Of a stretch of DNA of 64,000 nt, positions 1 through 9,847 are shown piece after piece (within the stretch, counting starts at the first letter, position 1; each line of letters opens with the position of its first letter). The stretch is from Limnothrix sp. BL-A-16 (lineage in GTDB: Bacteria; Cyanobacteriota; Cyanobacteriia; CACIAM-69d), in NCBI GenBank assembly GCA_041937175.2, contig CP166615.1:1248001-1312000 (forward strand), read 5' to 3'. Position numbers and translations under genes: made by a program. The notes below the pieces were generated by a model. It was not told the origin of the DNA, did not search any database, and saw only the letters and a list, made by a program, of their open reading frames with translations.

Positions 1-1218
1 TTAAGTTTTTTTTCAGGTTGTATGGGTCTTGATTTAGGTCTCGAAAAAGCGGGCATTGAAGTATTACTCGCATCCGAGATCGATCCAGCAGCTCGGAAAA
101 CCATTCAGCTAAACCGTCCCCACCTGCCCCTATTGGGCGACGTGAGAGATTACACAGCCTCAGAAGTTCGATCCCTAGCCAATCTAAAAACTAATCAGGA
201 TCTGGATTTGGTTGTGGGTGGGCCACCTTGCCAAGCTTTTAGTAGTGCTGGAAAGCGCCAAAGCTTTAATGATGATCGCGGCAATGTCTTTTTGTTATTT
301 ATCGACTTGGTACTTGAATTAAATCCTCGTTTTTTCGTCCTAGAAAATGTTCGAGGATTACTATCAGCCACCCTTCAGCATCGGCCCATGCACCTGCGTG
401 GCAAAGATGCACCACCCCTGAAACCAGAAGAAAAACGCGGTAGTGCCCTAGTGCATATCATTCAAAAAATTAAAGCTGCTGGCTACAGTGTTTCGTTCAA
501 TCTATACAATGCTGCAAATTTCGGATCACCTCAGCAACGCGAGCGAGTAGTGATCGCTTGCAGTCGTGATGGCCAGAAATTGCCCTATTTAACACCAACA
601 CATTCTGAAACAGGCCTGCACAATTTGCCGTACTGGCGGACGCTAAAAGATGCCTTAGCGGGCTTACCCACTGAAGGGCATGAATTTGTGAAATTTCCTG
701 AAAAGCGCTTGAAATATTATCGCCTGCTCAAAGCCGGACAATATTGGCGAGATTTGCCACCAGAATTACATGCAGAGGCCCTGGGCGGTTCCTATCAAGC
801 AGTGGGTGGAAAAACAGGTTTTTATCGCCGTCTAGCCTGGGATAAACCATCACCAACGATCGTGACTCATCCAGCGATGCCCGCTACCGACTTGGCGCAT
901 CCCGAGGAAGATCGCCCTTTGAGTGTTCAGGAATATAAACGCTTACAGGAATTTCCCGATGATTGGGTGATTGCTGGTGGATTGCTCGATCGCTATCGTC
1001 AAATTGGTAATGCGGTTCCCTGTTCACTAGGGAAGGCGATCGGGCAAATGTTGCTTGATTATCTCGATGGTCAAACTGAAACCCAATATCCTGATTTTCC
1101 CTACTCCCGTTACTCCAAAACCGATGATGTAAGTTGGCTCAATAGTGTTGAAGTAGCAACTGAACAACAACACGACTTAGATCAAAGCCCATCAAGAACG
1201 ATTGCGAAATCTATATAG
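1..1218 (+). CDS. C5 cytosine DNA methyltransferase, M.SinI/M.AvaII-like (probably GGWCC-specific); 5' end lies before the window
   Basis: Frame is open from base 1 ([13 protein letters not shown] = motif I). Also GGPPCQAFS (IV), ENVRGLL (VI), QQRERV (VIII) and RQIGNAVP (X). The TRD region [33 protein letters not shown] closely resembles M.SinI as recalled. Confidence 0.9.
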   Translation, partial: LSFFSGCMGLDLGLEKAGIEVLLASEIDPAARKTIQLNRPHLPLLGDVRDYTASEVRSLANLKTNQDLDLVVGGPPCQAFSSAGKRQSFNDDRGNVFLLFIDLVLELNPRFFVLENVRGLLSATLQHRPMHLRGKDAPPLKPEEKRGSALVHIIQKIKAAGYSVSFNLYNAANFGSPQQRERVVIACSRDGQKLPYLTPTHSETGLHNLPYWRTLKDALAGLPTEGHEFVKFPEKRLKYYRLLKAGQYWRDLPPELHAEALGGSYQAVGGKTGFYRRLAWDKPSPTIVTHPAMPATDLAHPEEDRPLSVQEYKRLQEFPDDWVIAGGLLDRYRQIGNAVPCSLGKAIGQMLLDYLDGQTETQYPDFPYSRYSKTDDVSWLNSVEVATEQQHDLDQSPSRTIAKSI

Positions 1219-2259
1219 ATAGCGTTTTGGAAAACAATAAATTTCATAATTGATTTCAACGCAGTCTAGCAGGTAGCGATCTAAATCAGCCACACTTCTT
1301 GGATCTTCTCGACTGGATAGGTTTTTGAGGTCTAAACGCAGATGCTCAGGGTCATAGAAATAGACTTCTTGATCAAGATTTGCTTGATGTATCTCTTGAG
1401 AATCAACCCTAGAAGACAAGTCATAAAGTTCTCTAAGTTTGACTTTTTCTGGTTTATGACGATGGCAATAGATAACGATTTCTTGAAGAAACTTATAATC
1501 ATCTTTAGTTATATAATCGTTCTTCCGAACTATAAGGTCTTCGATTCTGACAGGCTGATCAATATATCTAGAAGCTGAAAACGGACTTAAAGATTTGAGA
1601 TTTAAGCTATCAAAAAGGAATGAGTAAAACTGAAATAGGGAATCTTTCCCAAAGTGAAATGCAACTGGTCTGGTATCTCTGTCAAATTGTTCAGTTTCAA
1701 ATACTGTTTCCAAGCCTTTCTTTTGGAAAATAATCCCTTCGTTCAGCACTACCACAAGATTAGGCCACTCTGATGGTGCGTGACTATCTTGAAACTCTCT
1801 TAAATTCTTCTCTAGTGAATTGAGAGAATTTCTAGATAATGAGTATGCAAAAATAATTCCAAAAGGAAAGGAACACCTCTCAGGAACCAGATCTCTTAAA
1901 GATTTAATTTTCTTGAGGCCATCCTGAAGCTGTTTTTTGGATAATTTCGATTTAACTTCAATAGAGCCGTATATTCCCTCAATCGGTAAAATCTGACAGC
2001 TTCTACTTTTAATCCACACTGGACACAGGTTTTTGTCGTAGATGATTAAGTCTAGTTGGTTAGATTGGTCAGTGTTAAGAGTAGTAACTACAACTCCAGA
2101 TGTAATTCCATACTTTTTAGGCAATCTTCCATCTGCCAGAAAGTTGTGCAGTGCATCTTCACGTAGTGATCCTTTGACACCGCCATGATTGATCCAAGCT
2201 GAAATATCAAATTCTTTGAGCATTTGCTCAGAAATACTTTTAAATAGGCTTTCAATCAT
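1192..2259 (-). CDS. DUF6602-like protein, putative PD-(D/E)xK nuclease with an unknown C-terminal domain
   Basis: 355 aa ORF with H-x-G-x-KG-x-x-RE...FL...[12 protein letters not shown] and IEVKS motifs. AT-rich; no CGATCG seen. Confidence 0.7.
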   Translation of the reverse strand: MIESLFKSISEQMLKEFDISAWINHGGVKGSLREDALHNFLADGRLPKKYGITSGVVVTTLNTDQSNQLDLIIYDKNLCPVWIKSRSCQILPIEGIYGSIEVKSKLSKKQLQDGLKKIKSLRDLVPERCSFPFGIIFAYSLSRNSLNSLEKNLREFQDSHAPSEWPNLVVVLNEGIIFQKKGLETVFETEQFDRDTRPVAFHFGKDSLFQFYSFLFDSLNLKSLSPFSASRYIDQPVRIEDLIVRKNDYITKDDYKFLQEIVIYCHRHKPEKVKLRELYDLSSRVDSQEIHQANLDQEVYFYDPEHLRLDLKNLSSREDPRSVADLDRYLLDCVEINYEIYCFPKRYLYRFRNRS

Positions 2260-2293
2260 AGTTTTTTACTTAGTACTGTAGTGACTAGCTGAA

Positions 2294-2336
2294 ATATGGC
2301 ACTAGCAAGCGAGCTTTATTCGTGCTAGTGCCATAT
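2294..2336 (-). terminator. Stem-loop directly after the ileS stop
   Basis: Perfect 14-bp inverted repeat ATATGGCACTAGCA (2294-2307) / TGCTAGTGCCATAT (2323-2336). Confidence 0.65.
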
Positions 2337-2344
2337 CGGAATGA

Positions 2345-5248
2345 TTAGAACGTGCCAGCCAGAGCTGAAACGCACCGATCGCACGCTAAAGGATGTTCCT
2401 CGATCGTGCCGACCGAGGGCGAATAGTTCCAGCAGCGATCGCACTTGTGACCGTCGGCATCCACCACGCCCACGCCCAGCGGCTCCGATTCAAAACGGTA
2501 TTTCAAGCCCTGGAGCCGATCGACCCCATCGAGCAATTCCACCTGGGAGGTGATGAATAAATAGCGCAATTCATCGACCCCATTGGTGTCATCGCCCAGG
2601 GATGAAACCGGGTTGAATTTTGACAGTTGATCGCGCAGGGAATCATCGGCCACATAGAGCAGCAACTTGGCTTCTAGGCTGGCCCCGATCGCCCCATCCT
2701 TGCGGGCTGCTTCCAAGACCTTGTTGGCTTCCATGCGGATTTGGCGCAAGCTCTGCCACTTTTCCGCGAGGGCCGGTTGCGACCAGGCGGGATCGATCGC
2801 CGTCCAACCGGCTTGGAACACCGATGGATGGGATTTGGTGTAGGGAATCGCTTGCCAGATGTCTTCGGCCATGTGGCAGAGCACCGGGGCGATCGCCTTG
2901 GCCAGGTTTTCTAGGGCGATCGCCAACACCGTTTGACAACTGCGACGACGAACAGCGGCTGGCGCACTGATATAGAGCCGATCTTTGGCGATATCTAGAT
3001 AGAAATTCGACAGATCCACCGTGCAGAAATTTTGCACCGTTTGGAAGAACTTGAAGAATTGGAAACTGTCGAAGGCTTCCGTAATGTCGCCAAACACTTC
3101 CGAGATTCGATGCAGCAAATAGCGATCGAGTTCCGGCAGTTGATCGTAGGGAACCGCATCGGTGGTCGGGTCGAAATCGTGCAGGTTTCCTAACAGGAAT
3201 CGCGCCGTATTGCGGATTTTGCGGTAAACATCGGCCATCTGTTTCAGGATCGTTTTCCCGATCGGCACATCGGAGGAATAGTCCACCGACGAGACCCACA
3301 ACCGCAGCACATCCGCACCGTAGGGCGGGTTTTGTTTTTGATCCTTGCCGCCGTTGATGATTTCCAACGGATCGATGATGTTGCCCAGGGATTTGCTCAT
3401 TTTGCGGCCCTGTTCATCGAGCGTAAACCCGTGGGTTAACACGGTTTTATAGGGCGCATGGCCGGAGTTGGCGACGCTGGTGAGCAGGCTCGATTGGAAC
3501 CAACCCCGGTGTTGGTCGGAGCCTTCTAAATAGATGTCGGCGGGATAGCTGAGGCCGCGCTGTTTGACCACCGCCGCCCAGGAGGAACCGGAGTCGAACC
3601 ACACATCCATCGTGTCCGTGCCTTTGCGGTAGGTGCGACCGTTGCTGCGGTAGGGTTCCGGCAACAGGTCGGCGATGGGCAGTTCCCACCAGGCATCGGA
3701 GCCGCGATCGCGGAAAATGTCGCGCAGATGGGCGATCGTCTCGGCGTTCATCAGCACCTCGCCGGTTTCCGCATCGAAAAACGCCGGAATTGGCACGCCC
3801 CAACTGCGCTGGCGGGAAATGCACCAGTCCGATCGCTCGCCCACCATCGACTCAATCCGGTTTTGGCCCGTAGCCGGAATCCAGCGCACCTCCCCGATCG
3901 CCGCCATCGCCGCCTCGCGGAAGCCATCCACCGACGCGAACCACTGCTCCGTGGCCCGGAAAATTGTCGGCTTCTTGGTGCGCCAATCGTAGGGATATTT
4001 GTGAGCGTAGGGTTCCCGCTTCAGCAGCGATCCCGCCTCGGTCAGGGCGGTGATCACCGCGTCGTTGGCATCCTTCAGCACGTTTAACCCGGCAAAGGGG
4101 CCGGCTTCCTCGGTGAAATTGCCCCGATCGTCCACGGGCGACAACACGCCTAACCCGTACTTTTGCCCGGTGATGAAGTCCTCTTGACCATGGCCGGGAG
4201 CCGTGTGCACCAGCCCTGTACCCGATTCCGTGGTGATGTATTCGCCACCGATCACCACGGGGGAGGTGCGATCGAACAGGGGATGCTGGTATTGGCAATG
4301 CTCCAGCACCGCGCCCTTGAAGGTGGCCCGCACCGTCAGGGCCGCCCCAAAGGTGGCCGCCAGCGACTCCGCCAAATCCTTGGCCACCACCAGATAGCGC
4401 GGCAGGCCCGCCAGTTCCCCGGCTGTGTCCACCACCGCGTAATCCAGCGCCCCATTCACGGCCACGGCCAAGTTGCCGGGAATCGTCCAAGGGGTCGTGG
4501 TCCAAATCGCCACGCCCAAATCGGTCGCAAACTCAGCCAGCACCGGTTGGGCCGCCGCGCTCAGTTCCGTCACCCGAAAGGCCGCGTAGATCGACTGGGA
4601 AATGTGCCCCTCGGGATATTCCAACTCCGCTTCTGCCAAGGCCGTTTGGGAACTGGGACTCCAATGGACGGGCTTTAGGCCGCGATAGATGTAGCCCTTG
4701 GTGAACATTTCGCCAAAGACTTCCAGTTGCGCCGCTTCGTATTCGGGCTTCAGGGTCAGGTACGGATCATCCCAATCGCCCCACACGCCCAGGCGCATGA
4801 ATTGGGTCTTTTGGACTTCGACTTGTTCGAGGGCGTAGGCTTTGGCTTTTTGGCGCAGGGCGATCGGGGTGAGGCCGGCGCGTTCGTCTTTGCCCAGGGA
4901 TTGCAGCACTTTCAGTTCGATCGGCAGGCCGTGGCAGTCCCAACCGGGAATGTAGCGCCCTTTGCGGCCGCGCAGCAGTTGGTAGCGATTGATGATGTCC
5001 TTCAGGGTTTTGTTCAGGGCGTGGCCCATGTGCAGCGTGCCGTTGGCGTAGGGCGGCCCGTCGTGCAGGGTGAAGGGTTCGCCGGGGTTGCCCTCTGCCA
5101 AGGTTTCGTAAATGTTGGCTTCTGCCCAAAAGGCCTGAATTTCCGGTTCGCGCTTGCTGGCGTTGGCCCGCATGTCGAAGGCGGTCTGGGGCAGGTTAAC
5201 GGTGTCCTTATATTGGCTTTCGGCCTTGGCAGTTTTGTCGGCAGTCAC
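2345..5248 (-). CDS. ileS: Isoleucine--tRNA ligase
   Basis: HDGPPYANG..HMGH (HIGH), WTTTPWT, KMSKS and C-terminal CDRCW..CDRC zinc site; GTG start. Confidence 0.98.
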   Translation of the reverse strand: MTADKTAKAESQYKDTVNLPQTAFDMRANASKREPEIQAFWAEANIYETLAEGNPGEPFTLHDGPPYANGTLHMGHALNKTLKDIINRYQLLRGRKGRYIPGWDCHGLPIELKVLQSLGKDERAGLTPIALRQKAKAYALEQVEVQKTQFMRLGVWGDWDDPYLTLKPEYEAAQLEVFGEMFTKGYIYRGLKPVHWSPSSQTALAEAELEYPEGHISQSIYAAFRVTELSAAAQPVLAEFATDLGVAIWTTTPWTIPGNLAVAVNGALDYAVVDTAGELAGLPRYLVVAKDLAESLAATFGAALTVRATFKGAVLEHCQYQHPLFDRTSPVVIGGEYITTESGTGLVHTAPGHGQEDFITGQKYGLGVLSPVDDRGNFTEEAGPFAGLNVLKDANDAVITALTEAGSLLKREPYAHKYPYDWRTKKPTIFRATEQWFASVDGFREAAMAAIGEVRWIPATGQNRIESMVGERSDWCISRQRSWGVPIPAFFDAETGEVLMNAETIAHLRDIFRDRGSDAWWELPIADLLPEPYRSNGRTYRKGTDTMDVWFDSGSSWAAVVKQRGLSYPADIYLEGSDQHRGWFQSSLLTSVANSGHAPYKTVLTHGFTLDEQGRKMSKSLGNIIDPLEIINGGKDQKQNPPYGADVLRLWVSSVDYSSDVPIGKTILKQMADVYRKIRNTARFLLGNLHDFDPTTDAVPYDQLPELDRYLLHRISEVFGDITEAFDSFQFFKFFQTVQNFCTVDLSNFYLDIAKDRLYISAPAAVRRRSCQTVLAIALENLAKAIAPVLCHMAEDIWQAIPYTKSHPSVFQAGWTAIDPAWSQPALAEKWQSLRQIRMEANKVLEAARKDGAIGASLEAKLLLYVADDSLRDQLSKFNPVSSLGDDTNGVDELRYLFITSQVELLDGVDRLQGLKYRFESEPLGVGVVDADGHKCDRCWNYSPSVGTIEEHPLACDRCVSALAGTF

Positions 5249-5320
5249 GGCGGTGTCGCTTGCGTCATCAAAGGGTTGCAGTCCCTAAGATTCTACCGGC
5301 TGACGGCCGGGCTGGTGGGG

Positions 5321-6583
5321 CTAAACAGTTGGTTCTGATAGCTTTAGGCCGTGAAGCCAGTTAGCCAATTCTTCTCGTGATGCAAAATCATCCATCCTGA
5401 TAAGACAGCGCTCAATCACGGCCACAACTACCCGAACCAAGAAGTACAAGTCTGAATCTGTAATGTCTTTTAAAGCTCTAGTTCCGCCATGAGCAATGTT
5501 GCTTCGCTTTGAATAAAGGTCTTTCATTTGTCTGGCAATTTGTTCATGAGAGGATATTTGATCAGACAATATTGAAACAACGGAATCTGCAATATTTTCT
5601 CGAATGGTTTTTCCTTCTACTGGCTTAAATAAGGATTCCAGAGCAATGACCAAACACAGTAGAATATTGTCTTTCCTGTCCTGTTTAGAAGACATTGAAA
5701 GCCAGTGAATACTTTTAAAGATGGCTTCTTTGAACTCACTCATATCTTCCCTTGAAGAATAATCAGCCAACTTGAAGATACCCACTTTTTGCATAACATC
5801 CAAAACATTTTCATCGATCTCAAAACGATTCAATCCAACAAGCTCACCCTTTGTCAAATATTTTTTCTCTGAGAAAATAAAAGATCTTCGCAACGCTCCT
5901 GGGTAATCACCTCTAAGTCCAATTCTTGTATCATTATCTCTTTTAAAGAATTTGTGGGTATATCTGAGTAGATCAATAGCTCTTCGAGCTTCCTCCTTAG
6001 CTATTTCATAAGCTTGATCATGCTCTCCAATCACAGAAACGATAGCTATAGAGCCACCCCTGAATTCTTGATCAAGATTATTTTTGAAATTCTCTAATTT
6101 AAGTTCATAATTGCATTCAATTTTTTGACTCTTTTCAAGGTAAGGTCTGGCTTTTTCCTGTATAAAGGTCAAAGAGTAATCATCACCTGGGGTGAACTTT
6201 ACATTTCCCAATGTGAAACACTGGTTCAAAATCAGCCCATCCACAGCGAGATATATCTCCTGAGAATCCTGGAAATCAGCAAGCTCTCTATCTAGTAATT
6301 GAAGATCGTTTTCAAAGTCCAAATCTTCATTTTCAAACGACCTAACAATGATTTTTCTGAGTTTTTTGCTTATGAATTTCTTAGAGAACCGGTTTGCATA
6401 GGGTTTGTGATCGAAAATGCCTTGAATTTGCTTGTTGAGTCTTATTACATATTCACGACTCAGACCATATGAAAAATCATCATGGCTGTAGAAATTTAGT
6501 GCGTCACTGGAACCAGGATCAGTAACATTCTGAGCAATTTCTCTTAATTCTTGAGCTATTTTCTTGATTTGATCTGCGTTCAT
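5321..6583 (-). CDS. HEPN-domain protein (ApeA-like), putative RNase toxin or defence effector
   Basis: C-terminal IALESLF...LYSKRSNIAHGG gives the HEPN R-x4-H motif. AT-rich; no CGATCG seen. Confidence 0.75.
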   Translation of the reverse strand: MNADQIKKIAQELREIAQNVTDPGSSDALNFYSHDDFSYGLSREYVIRLNKQIQGIFDHKPYANRFSKKFISKKLRKIIVRSFENEDLDFENDLQLLDRELADFQDSQEIYLAVDGLILNQCFTLGNVKFTPGDDYSLTFIQEKARPYLEKSQKIECNYELKLENFKNNLDQEFRGGSIAIVSVIGEHDQAYEIAKEEARRAIDLLRYTHKFFKRDNDTRIGLRGDYPGALRRSFIFSEKKYLTKGELVGLNRFEIDENVLDVMQKVGIFKLADYSSREDMSEFKEAIFKSIHWLSMSSKQDRKDNILLCLVIALESLFKPVEGKTIRENIADSVVSILSDQISSHEQIARQMKDLYSKRSNIAHGGTRALKDITDSDLYFLVRVVVAVIERCLIRMDDFASREELANWLHGLKLSEPTV

Positions 6584-6622
6584 GACAATAGAGCCTTATA
6601 GTTGAACTTTGGTTTTACTATA

Positions 6623-7231
6623 TCATTCGCCAGGGAAGTTTACCCGTCGGTAGATTTCAGTTAGCGGAATCGAGAGTTGCAGATTGTTTAACCAGAGAGC
6701 GGCGTTGATTTCTCCGTAGCTGGTGAACGTCCAAGCCGCCGCATCCGTTTTGCAATAGTGCTCGATGTAGGGTTCCTCAGCACTAATCAACAAATAATCT
6801 TGGAAGCTGGGGAGCGATCGATATTTGCGGAATTTTTCGCCCCGATCGCCCCGTTCCGTCGAAGGCGACAACACCTCCACAATCAAACTAGGATTCAGAA
6901 TTTCATCATTGCGATCACCGTGAAATTCTGGCTCCCCCAGCACCACCATCCCATCCGTATAAGTGCAGCAACGATAGTCAGGAATCCAAACCCGCAAATC
7001 GCTGTTATACACCTGCCAATCCGTATCCCGCAGCGCAAAATGCAGAAACGCCACCAGGTTCACCGCAATTTTGCTATGCGCCTCTGATCCACCCGCGATC
7101 GCCCCTCGAATTCCATCGTGATAGTCATGCCGTTGCTCGGCGATCGCTTCCTGCTGCCAATAATCAGCCAAAGACAGGCGATCGCCCCTCGACGGCGGCA
7201 AACTTGGAGCGGATGGGGTTGACGCAACCAT
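6623..7231 (-). CDS. Uma2-family restriction-endonuclease-like protein
   Basis: AGGSEAHS, IVEVLSPSTERGDRGEKF..YRSLPS.QDYLLI. Start placed at ATG 7231 rather than the 7357 track start. Confidence 0.9.
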   Translation of the reverse strand: MVASTPSAPSLPPSRGDRLSLADYWQQEAIAEQRHDYHDGIRGAIAGGSEAHSKIAVNLVAFLHFALRDTDWQVYNSDLRVWIPDYRCCTYTDGMVVLGEPEFHGDRNDEILNPSLIVEVLSPSTERGDRGEKFRKYRSLPSFQDYLLISAEEPYIEHYCKTDAAAWTFTSYGEINAALWLNNLQLSIPLTEIYRRVNFPGE

Positions 7232-7307
7232 AGCGAAACCTGAGGGAAACGGGAACTTTAGGTTAATGCTTAGCTTAGCAAGGCGATCAAGAGGCTGCGG
7301 GTCGGTG

Positions 7308-7931
7308 CTATTGATTGCCGAGATTGCGCAGAATTTGCGTTGCGATCGCCAATTCATCCAGGGAAGTTAGGGGCGAAAAAAGTCGCGAAAGATCGTAACA
7401 ACGACGCGGTTGCTGTTGCAATTTTACAAAAAACATTTCATCCTCATTGGTGACAAAACCAAAACTGGGGCGATCGGGATCAGGATTCGCTGCCAAATAA
7501 GCCAATGATTGAGGCAAAGCTGTCCACACTGAAAGAGCCGTTTTTTTGGACTCAATCACCACGATCCAGAGACGATCGCGCAAGACCAACACATCCAAAC
7601 GACTTTGCAGGATTTCATCCCCATCCCCGATCGCCAATTCCACCGAGGGTTCCGCACAAATTTGAAACGGCGGATCGTAAAAACCCGCGATCGCCAGCAG
7701 GGGCGAAGTCAGCAACAGATTCACCGTTCCTTCCAAAAGTTGCCCAGCCGATCGCTGATAGAGATATCGTCGTCGCAATTGTGCCAAGGCCACGCGATCG
7801 CCCTCCGACAATGGCGGTAAACAATCGCGCCATTCCGTGAAGAAATCGCCGCCCTCTTCCCAACGCGCCAGTGCCAGGGCTTGTTCTGCAACCGCCAGAC
7901 TTGTGATGGCATCAGTAACCGCGATCGACAT
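7308..7931 (-). CDS. Stand-alone type I restriction R-subunit N-terminal (HsdR_N)-like protein, common in cyanobacteria
   Basis: LLEGTVNLLL.SPLL..AGFYDPPF, RLDVLVL, IESKK and ALPQ.LAY motifs. Confidence 0.75.
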   Translation of the reverse strand: MSIAVTDAITSLAVAEQALALARWEEGGDFFTEWRDCLPPLSEGDRVALAQLRRRYLYQRSAGQLLEGTVNLLLTSPLLAIAGFYDPPFQICAEPSVELAIGDGDEILQSRLDVLVLRDRLWIVVIESKKTALSVWTALPQSLAYLAANPDPDRPSFGFVTNEDEMFFVKLQQQPRRCYDLSRLFSPLTSLDELAIATQILRNLGNQ

Positions 7932-8072
7932 GAAAGCAACCGTTAGAAATTGTTAGCATTGCAGCGCTGTTCTGGTAACCGAAGCCGATCGCCTAGATTT
8001 GGCTGAATTCCATGGGCGATCACTGGATGAATTGTCCCAATTACTAACCGTTAGGAGTTGACCGTAAGCTAA

Positions 8073-8438
8073 CTAGTATCCCAAAGCGGCTTGAATTTTT
8101 TGCTTCAGCGTCTCGGCATTAAAGGGCTTGACAATGTAGTTGCTCACACCGGCTTCCTTGGCAGCAATCACACTTTCCGTTTTGGATTCCGCCGTTACGA
8201 TAATGAAAGGAGTGGTGCTTAGCTTGCTGTTAGCTCGCACTTCTTTTAACAATTGCAGCCCTGTCATTGGCTCCATGCTCCAATCCGCAATAATCAGCCC
8301 AAACTTGCTCTCCCGCAACTTCTGAAGGGCGCTAACACCATCACCCGCTTCTTCAACATCGTCATAACCAATCTGCCTCAGCAAATTCTTGATGATTCGG
8401 CGCATGGTGGAATAGTCATCAACGACTAGAACTTTCAT
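8073..8438 (-). CDS. cheY: Single-domain response regulator, flagellar chemotaxis CheY type
   Basis: VVDDYSTMRRII, ADWSMEPMTG (phospho-Asp), VTAESK and YIVKPF motifs. AGGAG ribosome-binding site upstream. Confidence 0.85.
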   Translation of the reverse strand: MKVLVVDDYSTMRRIIKNLLRQIGYDDVEEAGDGVSALQKLRESKFGLIIADWSMEPMTGLQLLKEVRANSKLSTTPFIIVTAESKTESVIAAKEAGVSNYIVKPFNAETLKQKIQAALGY

Positions 8439-8655
8439 CTTCTGTTGCTCCTATGGGTGAAGAGACGGTGAGCCATCAGGTCTGTGCTTGGGCGAAGGAT
8501 GTAGCGCTTGGCAAATTTGACTGTGATGGCCGCAACAATGAATGAATCTTAATAGATTGGATTGGTTAATGCGGCTAAAAACATCGGGACTCAAGATTAG
8601 TTTATGTTTTTTAATTTTTTGGATATCAATCTTTTAGATTTCAACCTTTTAGATT

Positions 8656-9093
8656 TCAATCTTTTGGCTGAATTGTTTCTGAATTCGCCGCTTCCAAGTT
8701 GGCTAAATTAACTGGTTCAATGTCCTTGGTTTCGATCGCCTCTGCGGAGATCGACTGGTTACCCGATCGCTGATATTTGGCCCAGAGGGGATGGGGCCGG
8801 CCGGCCATTGCATCGGAGTCGATCGCGCCGGGGCCCAGGGCCGCCCGCCAAGACCAGGTTTCCGGCAAGGGGTCATATCCTCCCGGTTGGAAGGGATGGC
8901 AGCGCAGGATGCGGGCCAAGGCTAGCAGGCCGCCGCACCCGAGGCCAAACCGCTGAATCGCCCCGATCGCGTAGTGAGAGCAGGTGGGGTAATAGCGACA
9001 GTTGGGGCCCAACAGGGGCGACAGCAGGACTTGGTAAAGGCGCACCAGCCCGATCGCCAGTCGGTCAGGGAGCGATCGCAACAGGGAAATCAT
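8656..9093 (-). CDS. yidD: Membrane protein insertion efficiency factor
   Basis: [19 protein letters not shown]...[13 protein letters not shown]; carries a C-terminal extension. Confidence 0.92.
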   Translation of the reverse strand: MISLLRSLPDRLAIGLVRLYQVLLSPLLGPNCRYYPTCSHYAIGAIQRFGLGCGGLLALARILRCHPFQPGGYDPLPETWSWRAALGPGAIDSDAMAGRPHPLWAKYQRSGNQSISAEAIETKDIEPVNLANLEAANSETIQPKD

Positions 9094-9252
9094 GTCTCAT
9101 CCTCCCGACCAATCAAGATCCAAAAGCCCGTTTAGCGAATTCGTTCAGCTAGCCCATTTCACTACTCTATTTCAGTTTACGGTTTAGGGTTCCGCGAGCC
9201 ATCCATATGGGCAGAAATTCACAGAATCAACCATCTCAATTCTGGTTTTTCC

Positions 9253-9448
9253 GAGAATCCTTGAGCAGTATTTTAGGCATAGGGCAAGCAATAATCGTTG
9301 CCGGGGCAAGGGGCTTAAGCCCCTTGTCTTCGCAGTATTTTAGGCATAGGGCAATCAATAATCGTTGCCGGAGCAAGGGGCTTAAGCCCCTTGTCTTCAT
9401 GGTTGGTGAAACCTGTTTGGTAGCTGTTTCGGCTTTTGAGATATCCTC
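9253..9448 (-). mobile_element. Diverged family-1 MITE with an internal 67-bp tandem duplication
   Basis: Left end GAGGATATCTCAAAAG (9448-9433) and degenerate right end 9253-9270. Repeat units 9265-9331 and 9332-9398 each carry the palindrome (9307-9326, 9374-9393). Confidence 0.75.
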
Positions 9449-9460
9449 TCAGGCGTGTTC

Positions 9461-9730
9461 TTAGAAGGCTTGAATCCATTCTTTGATTTCGTATTCTGTC
9501 CAAATACCGTTTTCCCAATAGGGATCGGCTTCGATGAGCTGACGAATGGTTTCTTCGCTGTCTGCTTCATAGATGCCAAATACTTTGCTGTTGTCTTTGG
9601 TGGGGCCCAGGGTGATTAAAATGCCTTCTGCTTTTTGCTTGCCTAAACCGTCTAGGTGCGCTTGTCGATAGGGAGTGCGTTTTTCGAGGGCATCTTCGCA
9701 GTAGCTGCCAAACAAAATGTATTTAGCCAT
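9461..9730 (-). CDS. YciI family protein
   Basis: YCEDALEKR.PYRQAHL..L...GILITLGPT...EADPYW.NGIW. Confidence 0.88.
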   Translation of the reverse strand: MAKYILFGSYCEDALEKRTPYRQAHLDGLGKQKAEGILITLGPTKDNSKVFGIYEADSEETIRQLIEADPYWENGIWTEYEIKEWIQAF

Positions 9731-9799
9731 AGTTCAAGGGTTGCGATGAATTAGGGGTTTTGGGGTTGCCCATTGCATGGGAAAGCAAAAGCAAGCATG

Positions 9800-9836
9800 A
9801 AAGCGGTGGCTGAACGTGGCTCCTTTCAGCCACCGC
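9800..9836 (-). terminator. Intrinsic terminator of the carotenoid oxygenase gene
   Basis: 12-bp stem GCGGTGGCTGAA/TTCAGCCACCGC followed by a T-rich tract on the minus strand. Confidence 0.75.
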
Positions 9837-9847
9837 CTTCAGGCAAC

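Noticed and set aside
2341..5338. Many long alternative-frame and antisense ORFs over ileS and other GC-rich genes (e.g. 48438-49208)
   Set aside because: Shadow ORFs expected from GC-rich codon bias; no recognisable motifs
1192..8438. Prophage, integron cassette array or IS-bounded island
   Set aside because: No integrase, transposase, attC-like sites, tRNA target or flanking direct repeats were found, and an essential native gene sits in the middle
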